From: a virus
Taxonomy: Duplodnaviria > Caudoviricetes
Strand: one strand, 5' to 3'
Length of the DNA: 33,781 nt
Virus record (IMG/VR): IMGVR_UViG_3300016464_000080
Span: 1-33,781 of that record
Shown here: positions 8,016 to 17,159 of the stretch, piece after piece
How positions within the stretch are numbered: the stretch's first letter is position 1
Layout of the letters: the number at the start of each line of letters is the position of its first letter
Notes under the pieces: model-generated
What the model saw: only the letters and a program-made list of their open reading frames with translations
Database searches by the model: none
What the model was told of the DNA's origin: nothing
Program-made: the position numbers and the translations under genes

Positions 8016-9587
8016 TTATTCCTTAGCCTGTTGAGCCTGATATAGCAGATTGAACATTGTTGGATAGTCAAGTTCTGGGATTTTGTTTGCAACGTCTAAT
8101 AAGCCTCTTGTCGCTTGTCCAGTTGCATAAGCAGCCTCTCCAGCCAATCTAGGTGAAGACATTGCACCACCAACAGCAGCAGCAGGCAATCCACCAACAG
8201 AAAACAAACCAATGCCGCCTAATGGAGCTGTTGCCCTTTGAATGCCTCTAGGAGTCCATTCAGCCATTGATTGACCAGCCAAAGCAGGCATCATTTGTTG
8301 ACCGCCTTGCTGTTCAAGTTGTTGAGCCAATTTCAATCGTTGACCATAATTTGTATTCGCGTTGTTACGCATCAATGACTGAAGTTTACGCATAGCAGTA
8401 TCAGCAGAGGCTTTATCTCCAAGTGACAATGCTTTTTGAATTTCTTGAATTTGCTCAGTTGCATCCGTGTATGACTTCATTGTCTTGGCATACGTTGGAG
8501 CTTGTTTTGTAATCTCATTCTTAATAGAACTATAAATTCCTTTCATAACAGTGTCAGCCGTTGTTCTAGGCTGTACTGTTTCAAGAATCTGACCAACACT
8601 TTGTTTCAAAGCATCAATGCCTTCAGGCGTATGATATTCAGCAGGATCAAGTTTTTTCCAAGCATCAATAACGTCTTTTGCTTCTTGAACTTTTGCAGCA
8701 GCGTCTTGATTTTTAATCTGACCCTTGAAAGAAACAGCATTAAATGCATCGTCAACTGCTTTATCAATGCCATTAAATGACAAAACTGTTTTATCACCTT
8801 TGATGTTTGCCATGTTTGCTTGATAAACTTGGCTTCTATCTTTACGCAACTGTTCTAGGTTTTGTTTTGCAACATCTAAAACATCCATCATGTCGGCTTG
8901 ACCACGCAGATTAGACGTAAACTGTTTGGCAGTTTGACCGCCCTCTGCGCCAGCTTTAAAAGCCTGAGAAACGGCTTCTTTACCCACCCCAGTGGTTGCC
9001 CCCAAGACATTCTCTGCAACCGTTCCTGCGCTTTTTAAACCTGCCACAGTACCCCTTGCAGCCAAAGCCAAAGGATCAACAGTGGATGCGGCTTTGGATA
9101 GCACAGAAGACACCATTGGAGCCTTCGTTGTAGCCATTGCCCCACCAGTCAACACTGTTGAAACATCAGCTAAAAATCCAGCAGGATCAGTTGCAATTAC
9201 TTTTTTGACAGCATCAGGTGAGCCATAACGCTCCATATAAAACTGACCAACCTTATTTGCCGCTTCCCTGGATGCTTTATCTTCGCCAATAAACTGAACC
9301 AATTTTTCAGGCAAGATATTTTGTAAAGCACCAGCACTAACGTCTAAAACTGCTTTTCCAGTTTCCAATGGACTAGAGATTGCAGAAACAATGTCTCCAA
9401 TCATCTTCCCCATAGATGGGACAAAATTTGTAATAGCACCTTTGGCAACGTCTCCAGCAGTCAATGGCTTTTCAGGCTTCTTTTCAAGCACTTGAGCAGC
9501 CATTCCTTTGCCAAACTTTTCATCAAAGAAGTCAGCAGTGTCTGGGTTTGCAAGCAAGAACTCAATGGCTTTTTGCGATGGTTCCAT
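8016..9587 (-). CDS. Internal virion/DNA ejection protein
   Basis: Large Ala/Gly/Gln-rich helical protein, third of three between tail and fibre genes as in podoviruses. Confidence 0.7.
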   Translation of the reverse strand: MEPSQKAIEFLLANPDTADFFDEKFGKGMAAQVLEKKPEKPLTAGDVAKGAITNFVPSMGKMIGDIVSAISSPLETGKAVLDVSAGALQNILPEKLVQFIGEDKASREAANKVGQFYMERYGSPDAVKKVIATDPAGFLADVSTVLTGGAMATTKAPMVSSVLSKAASTVDPLALAARGTVAGLKSAGTVAENVLGATTGVGKEAVSQAFKAGAEGGQTAKQFTSNLRGQADMMDVLDVAKQNLEQLRKDRSQVYQANMANIKGDKTVLSFNGIDKAVDDAFNAVSFKGQIKNQDAAAKVQEAKDVIDAWKKLDPAEYHTPEGIDALKQSVGQILETVQPRTTADTVMKGIYSSIKNEITKQAPTYAKTMKSYTDATEQIQEIQKALSLGDKASADTAMRKLQSLMRNNANTNYGQRLKLAQQLEQQGGQQMMPALAGQSMAEWTPRGIQRATAPLGGIGLFSVGGLPAAAVGGAMSSPRLAGEAAYATGQATRGLLDVANKIPELDYPTMFNLLYQAQQAKE

Positions 9588-9589
9588 GA

Positions 9590-10960
9590 TTACATACCCT
9601 CATAAGGATTTTCGTTAAACTTGAATCCGCGCAAACTCTTATTGTTGTTGAAGAAATAATTTTCTTGCTGTTGTGCATAAGACTGAGTTTTACGCGACAA
9701 ATCTTGAATGTCTTTAAGAGCTTGTCGTTTAGATTCAACAGATTTTTTGGGATTAGCCAAATCACCAACCGCAGCATCATATCTAGCCGCATCACGATCT
9801 GATGTAGGACCAGAAAATTTAGGAGCGTTAACCGCTAACTGATTGGATAGTTGTGCAAGTTTATCGTTGGCTTCTTTAGCTTGAGTGCTTATGCCAATAG
9901 CACCAGCAACACCTTTGACTCCAGCCTCAAGAATGCCACCATAAGCCTGTTCAAGCAAAGGCGCAGCACGTTTAGCAATGGCTGCGTTTGTTTCTGCTTT
10001 TTTAGCATCCTCTTTAGATGCAGTAATTTCGTCAAACTCTTTCTTTTGAGAGTATGAGAATTGTTCAGGTTTATTTGCTTCAGCTTGTTGACGTAGAGCC
10101 AAATTCCCTTGTGCAATCTGTGCCATCAAACTCTTATATTGATCTGTGCTTTCCAGACCTTGTTTTTGCATGGCAAGTTGTTGAGCCTTCATGTCATTCA
10201 TAAACTGACGCTGTTGCTCTAAAGACTGTTGAGTCTGTGCAAATGTGGTCGCTCGATTGGTCATCTCACCAAGTTGACGAATGCGCTCATCAACTTTTTC
10301 AGGATCAATCATTCCACGGGAATAGCTAGTTTCATACTGTTTTGCGATAGTACGAATAGACTCAGGAATGGTTTGATCTTGAGAGTAAACAGAGAACGGG
10401 TTTTCTTGCTGTTGTCCACCAATAAATCCTGCTTTACGCAAGTCAGGAACCATCTTTGCAATGTTTGCATAAGCGGCTAATGGGTCTTTTGACATCATTG
10501 CCAATGCTTGCAATTTGTTGGGATCAACTTGTAGAGTTGTTGCCTGTGCAGGAGCCTGCATTGTTCCGCGCTCATACTCAGGCAGTTGCATTTGTTGCTG
10601 TTTGAAAGCAGCCATTTCAGGAGATTCCACTTGCTTAAATACTTGCGGAAAAATCTCTTTCATTTGTTGCTGACTCTTTAGGTCTTGCAACATTTGACCG
10701 ACCTTCATTGCATTGAGTTTTTCTTCTAAACCCTGTTGCATGGCTTGTCGATAGGCGTTCTGTCCCATTTGCAGACCTTGGGCAATCGCCAATGCGCCAC
10801 CGCCAGGAGTGCGACTTGGAGCGCCAGCTTGTAGGAGCGCCATTGCTGCGTTCTGAAGTCCCTGCTGTTGGGCATAGGATTGAGCTTTACGGAGTTCTTC
10901 TTCACCGAGAAGACCGCCGTAATAAGATGGCGTATCGCCAAAAATGTCTAGTAGTGCCAT
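9590..10960 (-). CDS. Internal virion/DNA ejection protein
   Basis: Gln-rich helical protein with GPTSDRD motif; position. Confidence 0.7.
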   Translation of the reverse strand: MALLDIFGDTPSYYGGLLGEEELRKAQSYAQQQGLQNAAMALLQAGAPSRTPGGGALAIAQGLQMGQNAYRQAMQQGLEEKLNAMKVGQMLQDLKSQQQMKEIFPQVFKQVESPEMAAFKQQQMQLPEYERGTMQAPAQATTLQVDPNKLQALAMMSKDPLAAYANIAKMVPDLRKAGFIGGQQQENPFSVYSQDQTIPESIRTIAKQYETSYSRGMIDPEKVDERIRQLGEMTNRATTFAQTQQSLEQQRQFMNDMKAQQLAMQKQGLESTDQYKSLMAQIAQGNLALRQQAEANKPEQFSYSQKKEFDEITASKEDAKKAETNAAIAKRAAPLLEQAYGGILEAGVKGVAGAIGISTQAKEANDKLAQLSNQLAVNAPKFSGPTSDRDAARYDAAVGDLANPKKSVESKRQALKDIQDLSRKTQSYAQQQENYFFNNNKSLRGFKFNENPYEGM

Positions 10961-10968
10961 ATTAGTCC

Positions 10969-11880
10969 TTAACCGTAATTGTCACCAGTCAGGAAATTAA
11001 CACCAGCAGCATTTTCTAAACCGCTAGTTCCCCATCCTGAAGGGGTTGAGAAACCACCCAACCAGTTTGATACACCACCGCGAGACAAGTTATTCAAACC
11101 AGTCAACAGATTCACACCGAGAAGACCAGTCCCCAAGCCTGTTGCCAGAGGATTCGTGTAATACGGCGTTTGCGTTGTCGTAGTGCGTCCAGCAGGGAAA
11201 CCATAGACCTGATTCAGATATTGGTTTAGCTGTTGTTGTGGTAGCTGTTGCTGATAGTTGAATCGGTTAATGTCAGCTTGCAATGCTTGACCTTGATAGC
11301 CTTCACCCAACTGACCAGCAGCCAACAAACGCTGAATGTCTCCATAATCAGCTTGAGCCATTTCAGGAGCCATTGCAGTGGCTTGCTGTTGACGAGCACG
11401 TTCTTGAGCGTAGTTCTGATAGGCAAGTTGTCCAGCAGTATCAGTCAGTTTCTGAGCGAATTGACCGGATGCCTGCTGTTGGAGATTACCCATTGCACCA
11501 GAGCCATATCGACCAGCAAGAGACGCCTTAGAACCAATGTCACCTAGAGCAGTTTCAAACGCTTGACGTGCAGCCTGTGCAGCAGGTTGGAAAGCACCCT
11601 GGAAGAATGGATTGCCACCAAGATATTCACCTTTAATAGTTCCCAAGGTCTGCTGTTGCGCTTGAGACAACAAAGGACTTCCCGTGGTAGCACGTTGCTG
11701 GAGAGCTTGAATTGCCTGTTGAGTAGTAGCAGATGGACTTACATAAGTCTGACCTGCGTAATACTGTGGACCACCACCCTGATAAAGACGTTGCGCCTCA
11801 GTCAGCCCATAAGTCAAATAGGGCTGGATTGTGGGATCAATCTGCGTTGTTTGCGTGGATGTTGCTGTTTCAGTTCCCAT
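10969..11880 (-). CDS. Internal virion/DNA ejection protein (P22 gp7-like position)
   Basis: T/Q/G-rich; GNPFF, AGRYGSGA; AAGGA RBS. Confidence 0.7.
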   Translation of the reverse strand: MGTETATSTQTTQIDPTIQPYLTYGLTEAQRLYQGGGPQYYAGQTYVSPSATTQQAIQALQQRATTGSPLLSQAQQQTLGTIKGEYLGGNPFFQGAFQPAAQAARQAFETALGDIGSKASLAGRYGSGAMGNLQQQASGQFAQKLTDTAGQLAYQNYAQERARQQQATAMAPEMAQADYGDIQRLLAAGQLGEGYQGQALQADINRFNYQQQLPQQQLNQYLNQVYGFPAGRTTTTQTPYYTNPLATGLGTGLLGVNLLTGLNNLSRGGVSNWLGGFSTPSGWGTSGLENAAGVNFLTGDNYG

Positions 11881-11902
11881 GATGGTTTCCTTCTATAAGG
11901 GA

Positions 11903-11936
11903 CTCCATAGACGGGTCATCCACGGAGCTAATTATA
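11903..11936 (-). promoter_or_regulatory. TATAAT box followed by an 11-bp hairpin upstream of the first ejection gene
   Basis: Minus strand TATAAT (11936-11931) then CUCCGUGGAUG-ACC-CGUCUAUGGAG. Confidence 0.45.
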
Positions 11937-12719
11937 CTAGCCAACAATAATGTAGGCATAGGTTTTGTCTGCTGTGTTGTTTGCATAATGTGTTAAGGTG
12001 GCAGTGCCTTTACCCTTAGACGTCACATAAACATTCGTAGACGCAGCAGGAGCCACATATTGCATGGTTGCAATCACAGATGGCACAGCCGGACGGGTCG
12101 GTGAAGTACCAGCAGGATATTGCTCAATGCTCACGCCTACGTCAGAAACTCGCCACATCAATTCCACGTAATCATTGGCGTTAAGTTCAACGTAGAAATT
12201 CATCGCAGCAATCAAGTGACTTGGATCACCAGAGCTTTTTCTCGCTGGTAAGGAAAAGCGGCTATTTGAATTAGATATATCAGTGCCGTTCTTTCTGAAC
12301 CATAAATCAACGTCTTGCGTGTCGTTTGTGGTGTTTTTAAACTGAGCTGAAAACTGATAGTTATAGATTCCATAGTTCTTAACATTCAGTCTGGAGCTAT
12401 TTGATAGCGTCACACCATTAGAGAAATCAGTGGTGTTAAAAGTGATCGCGTATGCCGTTGTCGTACTGCCCGCAGTCTGGTCGGTAGAGTCCTGAAAAGC
12501 ACCATAAGGAGCGCTGTCCTCATAAGCCGCCTCAGAGTCAGGTACTAGGATAATCACACTATTAGCGCCGATACGATAGTCATTGATCGTTGTCGTGGTG
12601 GCGTTTCCAGTGGATAGGGTAATTGTCCCTGTGTTATTCGTTTTCCCGTCCATGATGCCACGGACAACCTCAGAGATACCTCTAAGGTCAGCACCAAATG
12701 TAGGAAGGCTGCGAAACAT
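11937..12719 (-). CDS. Tail-associated structural protein with internal beta-sandwich domain
   Basis: Follows the tail gene; internal GIYNYQFSAQF...LNANDYVELMW pattern of C1q/BclA-like domains. Confidence 0.65.
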   Translation of the reverse strand: MFRSLPTFGADLRGISEVVRGIMDGKTNNTGTITLSTGNATTTTINDYRIGANSVIILVPDSEAAYEDSAPYGAFQDSTDQTAGSTTTAYAITFNTTDFSNGVTLSNSSRLNVKNYGIYNYQFSAQFKNTTNDTQDVDLWFRKNGTDISNSNSRFSLPARKSSGDPSHLIAAMNFYVELNANDYVELMWRVSDVGVSIEQYPAGTSPTRPAVPSVIATMQYVAPAASTNVYVTSKGKGTATLTHYANNTADKTYAYIIVG

Positions 12720-14368
12720 TAGCGACCACCTTGCGGGACAATTTCAACATCCACAGCAGTGGCGTTCTTCCAGTTATTACCACTTGGGTTAATTTGTATC
12801 CTGTGATAATTTCCTGAACTTCTCAAAGAAACTCGATTCTCTGAGCTTGCATCCACAGCAGTTCCATAGGTAACTTGTTGATTAAGAAGTTGCCTAGACG
12901 AAATAGCAATAGATGCCGATCCATTGTCTACTTGAGGCTTGACCAAAGTCACCACAGTCCTAGCACCCTCACCCAAATCACCAGTAGCCAATCGAGCAGT
13001 CAAGTTCGATCCTGTATAGGTCATCACCGTTGTTCCCTTAGTACCGCCCAGGAAGTATTTACCACCCATGAACATTAGAGAGTCAAGAGAGATTGCCAAA
13101 GCATCAATAGACGCACTCAAAGTGTCTAGTTCTTCAAGCGTAGACGATGAGGTAGAACTTTCAGAGATGTAGTCAGTTCCTGCGTCTGCATAAGTCCATT
13201 TTTTGGTGGCAAAGTTGTAAATAATCAGGTGTCGGTTTCCGTCTACACCCTTATAGTTCCAAATCACCAACTTACGAACGGGGTCAACAGCAGCAGACAT
13301 TGACGGGAAATCAAACTCTGAGGCGTCATTAAAGAAGAACCGATCAACCTTCTCCGCGCCAATGGGCTGGACAGTCTGACCATCGCACATATAAAAACCA
13401 TCATCAGACAAGAAGAAAGAGATGCCTTGATACTGAGCGATAGACCCAGAGGCAATACATCCTTTATTTCGAGAGATGTTGTCGAATTGGAAAATGAATG
13501 GCGTTCCTACATAGGTCATTCGGTGGATTGCTCTATCCAAAAAGACAATGCCAAACTCACCACCTCGGATGCCAACAATCTGACCACCATCAGGAATGTC
13601 TTGATAGTCTGACTGCGTATTGACGTTTTCAACCCAATCGGTTTCGTTGTTCAAAGCACTCCAGCGCACTCGATACGGTTTCTGTGAGCCTTCATTTGTA
13701 TTTGCAACAACAACAAAATCTCTGACTACTGTTATGAATTTTGCAATCGGAGCAGAGTCAGAAAGATTTTTAAATGAAGTGCTAGAGGTCAAATCCCATG
13801 ACTGAAGTCTCTGAGAGTTATTTGTGAAAATAATCTGACTGCCAAACTGGGTAAACCGCACTCGATCACCTGATTGTGTCGTGTAGTCAGTTGCGCTAAC
13901 CTTAATTGTGACATTCCCTGAAGTAGTCGCAGAGGTTGTCGTCACTGTGAAAGTGTTTGCATCAACCACCGTGATCGTGAAACTTCCATCCGTTGCTGTT
14001 CCACTTGTGAAGTCAAGATAAATAATATCTCCTGTCTTCAGCTTATGACCGCTAGACGTGACAGTGAGAGTCGTTGTTCCAGTCTGAGAATAAGTCCCAG
14101 TGAATCGTGAAACATCAGTCAAAACGCCAACACCTGAAACACTGTAAATTTTAGAAGCGCCAGCAGCGAATAGTTTGGTTGCACCACTGTTATCTTTACC
14201 TGCATACAGAGAGGTCAAATCTTCAGCAGCACTTTGCGAGAAAGTAGTCGCAGAAGGAAAAGGTCCATACCCCACAGCCTGAGAAACTACATTCTTGGCG
14301 TCTGTCAGAGCACCAGTAATCCCAGGTTGATCGGGTAGCCATTCGGTTAGTTGGATTCGTTGCATCAT
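12719..14368 (-). CDS. Tail tubular/nozzle protein (P22 gp10-like beta-propeller)
   Basis: EWLPDQP start, RVRWS, GCIASGSI, FFLSDDGFY, PIGAEKVDRFF. Confidence 0.85.
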   Translation of the reverse strand: MMQRIQLTEWLPDQPGITGALTDAKNVVSQAVGYGPFPSATTFSQSAAEDLTSLYAGKDNSGATKLFAAGASKIYSVSGVGVLTDVSRFTGTYSQTGTTTLTVTSSGHKLKTGDIIYLDFTSGTATDGSFTITVVDANTFTVTTTSATTSGNVTIKVSATDYTTQSGDRVRFTQFGSQIIFTNNSQRLQSWDLTSSTSFKNLSDSAPIAKFITVVRDFVVVANTNEGSQKPYRVRWSALNNETDWVENVNTQSDYQDIPDGGQIVGIRGGEFGIVFLDRAIHRMTYVGTPFIFQFDNISRNKGCIASGSIAQYQGISFFLSDDGFYMCDGQTVQPIGAEKVDRFFFNDASEFDFPSMSAAVDPVRKLVIWNYKGVDGNRHLIIYNFATKKWTYADAGTDYISESSTSSSTLEELDTLSASIDALAISLDSLMFMGGKYFLGGTKGTTVMTYTGSNLTARLATGDLGEGARTVVTLVKPQVDNGSASIAISSRQLLNQQVTYGTAVDASSENRVSLRSSGNYHRIQINPSGNNWKNATAVDVEIVPQGGR

Positions 14369-15199
14369 TTACCCCTGCAAAAGCCATACGTTACTGTTCT
14401 GCGCTTGGCTTGTCCATGTGTTTGACCCCGTACCATTCGGTGTCCAAGTGTTTACAGATACCGCTAGATCAGTCCAATCATTGTCCGATACCGTAGCAGT
14501 CACCCAAGTATTGTCGCTCTCAGGTATGTCTGACCAGTTGTCACCCATGCGAACACCGTTACAAACGACAGTCGCCAGACAAGACACAGACGCATCACCA
14601 GCATAAGTAACCGCAGAACCTGAAGAAACAGTCGCTAGAGCGCTTATTTCAGCTTGGGCAAGCCTTACCCTTATCCCATCGCAAGAAACGCTTGCAGAGC
14701 CTGCAACAGAACCTGTCGCTTCTCTTACACGGATTGCTTCAGCAGTGACAGTCGCCGAGGCTGTGATACTCGCATCCCCTGCTACTACCAATCCACCATT
14801 TGCTGTGACCGCTGCTTCACAAGTAATTGAAGCTGACGCATCTTTGACGATCTGAGCCGATGCGGTTACGGTTGCAGTAGCGGAAATATCAGCAGAGCCA
14901 AACTGAACCCTAGTTCCAGCACAAGATACTTGGGCAGAGGCAGTGATACTCGCAGAGGCGTCTTTGACGATCTGGGCATCACAAGAGACTGAAGCAGCGC
15001 AAGAGACACTTCCCGCGCCAGCAAAGATTACGCTAGACCCTGAAGTGACGGTAGCAGTCGCATTGACCGATCCGTAAGCATCCCACAGTGTGACCGATGT
15101 TTCGTATAGTTCGCTGTCTAACGAAAGAGTGAGGTCATCTAAACTCGCCTTGAGGTTGTCAAGTGAGTCTAGTGTCCACGGTGGGAGTAGGTCAGCCAT
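14369..15199 (-). CDS. Repeat-rich virion protein (fibre/whisker-like)
   Basis: ~20-aa A/S/T/V repeats (DASASITASAQVSC) and C-terminal 10-aa Trp-periodic repeats. Confidence 0.7.
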   Translation of the reverse strand: MADLLPPWTLDSLDNLKASLDDLTLSLDSELYETSVTLWDAYGSVNATATVTSGSSVIFAGAGSVSCAASVSCDAQIVKDASASITASAQVSCAGTRVQFGSADISATATVTASAQIVKDASASITCEAAVTANGGLVVAGDASITASATVTAEAIRVREATGSVAGSASVSCDGIRVRLAQAEISALATVSSGSAVTYAGDASVSCLATVVCNGVRMGDNWSDIPESDNTWVTATVSDNDWTDLAVSVNTWTPNGTGSNTWTSQAQNSNVWLLQG

Positions 15200-15200
15200 C

Positions 15201-15587
15201 TCACGCGAGTGTCACGCTCAGAGAACCAGAAGCGATGCGGAAAACGTCTCCAGTAGCAATAGCCTTAGACGCATCCAGAGCAGTGTGATACAAGAGATTG
15301 CCAGAGGTCGAGGCATCACGAATCCCGATATGCGTCACAGTACCCCAAGACCCACCAGCTTGCGGAAACTCCACCGCAGCAGAGTTAGTCGTAACCCCGT
15401 TACTTGGTGAGCCAAAAGTCACAGACTGTCGAGCGTAGGAAGTACCAGAAACCTCCGTTCCCGTGTCAGCATCGGTCGGGTCTGAGGTGTACAGTGCCAC
15501 ATAAACCGTGGTGGGCGTGGTGTAGCTGGTATTACGCAGAGTCGCGTTAATCAGCGCATTCTCAAGATAGTTTGACATTTCAGACAT
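15201..15587 (-). CDS. Virion structural protein (collar/fibre-associated family)
   Basis: MSNYLEN...VYVALYTSDP...EVSGTSYARQ...WGTVTHIGI pattern. Confidence 0.75.
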   Translation of the reverse strand: MSEMSNYLENALINATLRNTSYTTPTTVYVALYTSDPTDADTGTEVSGTSYARQSVTFGSPSNGVTTNSAAVEFPQAGGSWGTVTHIGIRDASTSGNLLYHTALDASKAIATGDVFRIASGSLSVTLA

Positions 15588-15590
15588 GAT

Positions 15591-16208
15591 TTACCTCAGT
15601 GAAAGTTTCATTGCGAGAGGAACACCTGAATACTGACCTTGTTGGTCGGAGATATTCAGAGTCTCGATTGCTCTGTTATACATAGAACCCCATGTCTGAA
15701 TTCGAGCATCATTCATAATGTACGGTTCTGCCTCTAAGAGCGAAGCATACAAAAGCGCATCAGGCGTGTTAGCCATAAAAACGTTGCTTGTGTTTGAGTC
15801 ACTCAAGAAAGTGGGCGCAGCATAGTACAAGAGTTCCAGCGTGTAATTTGAATCTGGAATAGGAGCCAGTTCAAACTCCAAAGCCATGATTGTGTAATCA
15901 AGAGGCTTTCCACTCTCTGCCCTGCGAGTATTCCGAGAGAAAGACGAAGGGCTAGAGTACGTCAGAGGTTGGACAGGATTCAAGTCAATGAAAAAATCCC
16001 GCACTTCAAGGAAATCTGAGGGAAGTTCAACAGTCGAATCACCCCCAGTCGTAAAGGTTGTCACTGTCTTGAGCATTTGTCGGATTCGCAACTCACGGCG
16101 CAGTCGAATCTCTGCGAAACGAATGAAGTCGGGAATTTGATCCGTGAGGTCGGTTCTTGCCAAGTAATTAGCAATCGCTGTTTTTAAATCCGAATATGTT
16201 GAAATCAT
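15591..16208 (-). CDS. Head-tail adaptor protein
   Basis: TYSDLKTAIANYLARTDL...IPDFIRFAE...LPSDFLE...PIPD...PDALLY. Confidence 0.85.
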   Translation of the reverse strand: MISTYSDLKTAIANYLARTDLTDQIPDFIRFAEIRLRRELRIRQMLKTVTTFTTGGDSTVELPSDFLEVRDFFIDLNPVQPLTYSSPSSFSRNTRRAESGKPLDYTIMALEFELAPIPDSNYTLELLYYAAPTFLSDSNTSNVFMANTPDALLYASLLEAEPYIMNDARIQTWGSMYNRAIETLNISDQQGQYSGVPLAMKLSLR

Positions 16209-16822
16209 AGATCATCCCATCCATATTCATACGTTCCGATGTGCCGAATGTGCATTGACAATTCATGGTCAACGTATGTAGGTATCCCATTATCCCATGC
16301 CTTCGCACAAAAATAAATGTCTTCTCCTACCAATCCACCCTTTGCTGTTGTTTCAAACCAGAACCAAGGCTTTTCCATTTGGAATGCTTCTTTTCTGGTT
16401 AACACCATGCCAAATCCCACACCTACAATTTGCTCTAGTCCCTCTTTGCCTTTTGAGAAAACCTTTACAAGTTGATTCGTATTTGGATCAGCATCCAGTG
16501 CAGTAGGCTCTACTGGTTTTCTTCGGGTTGTTGCGTTAACCCCAACAATAGGAACTTCTCTGCTTAACATGATCTGAAGTGAGTCTTTTGGAAATCTCAT
16601 GTCAGAATCAATCCAGAGAATCGCGTCAGCGCCATCGGCTAAAGCAGTCTCTGCGAGTTTTTGTCTTTGGTTGAATATCAGTGTCCCAGGCATTTGGTAA
16701 ATCCGCAGGGAACCGCCTTTAGAGCATCTTGTGACCCCATCATAGGCGCAGAGTTTGGCAAGATCAAAAGCAAAGCCAGCCATGACCGTATCACGGCAAG
16801 GAACACAGATTGCGATATTCAT
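16205..16822 (-). CDS. GT-A fold glycosyltransferase (GT2-like)
   Basis: IAICVP, WIDSDM (DxD), GFGMVL, GEDIYFC, HIG motifs. Confidence 0.85.
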   Translation of the reverse strand: MNIAICVPCRDTVMAGFAFDLAKLCAYDGVTRCSKGGSLRIYQMPGTLIFNQRQKLAETALADGADAILWIDSDMRFPKDSLQIMLSREVPIVGVNATTRRKPVEPTALDADPNTNQLVKVFSKGKEGLEQIVGVGFGMVLTRKEAFQMEKPWFWFETTAKGGLVGEDIYFCAKAWDNGIPTYVDHELSMHIRHIGTYEYGWDDL

Positions 16823-17127
16823 ACTTCTCCTGGGCGAGTTCTGAAGAAACGGTTATCAGGATCATTCAAGAAAGCCTTAAAGCCTCGTTGGTCCATAACC
16901 GCAAAACCACGCATTATCCCCTTTTTGTTAAGGTCGTCAATGACAACCATAGGGAGAGAAGCAATTTTTGTTAGTTCGCCCCACTTCGCTCGTTCGTCAA
17001 TAGCGTTGTATTGGGCTTTGTTTTGTTCGATGATTTTTGAAACGTCCTGTCGAACTTCAAGAACGTCATTCCCGTCAATCGAGTGAAAGAGGGTTTGTTT
17101 GCCAGCGTTATCGTGAACAAGTTTCAT
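16819..17127 (-). CDS. Hypothetical protein downstream of the capsid gene
   Basis: QDVSKIIEQNK...IASLP...FLNDPDNRFFRT; ATGA overlap with the GT gene. Confidence 0.75.
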   Translation of the reverse strand: MKLVHDNAGKQTLFHSIDGNDVLEVRQDVSKIIEQNKAQYNAIDERAKWGELTKIASLPMVVIDDLNKKGIMRGFAVMDQRGFKAFLNDPDNRFFRTRPGEV

Positions 17128-17153
17128 AAAAAAAGGGGGGTGATTAGCCCCCC
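17128..17153 (-). terminator. Rho-independent terminator after the major capsid gene
   Basis: GGGGGG-CTAATCA-CCCCCC-TTTTTTT on the minus strand. Confidence 0.9.
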
Positions 17154-17159
17154 AGTTGA

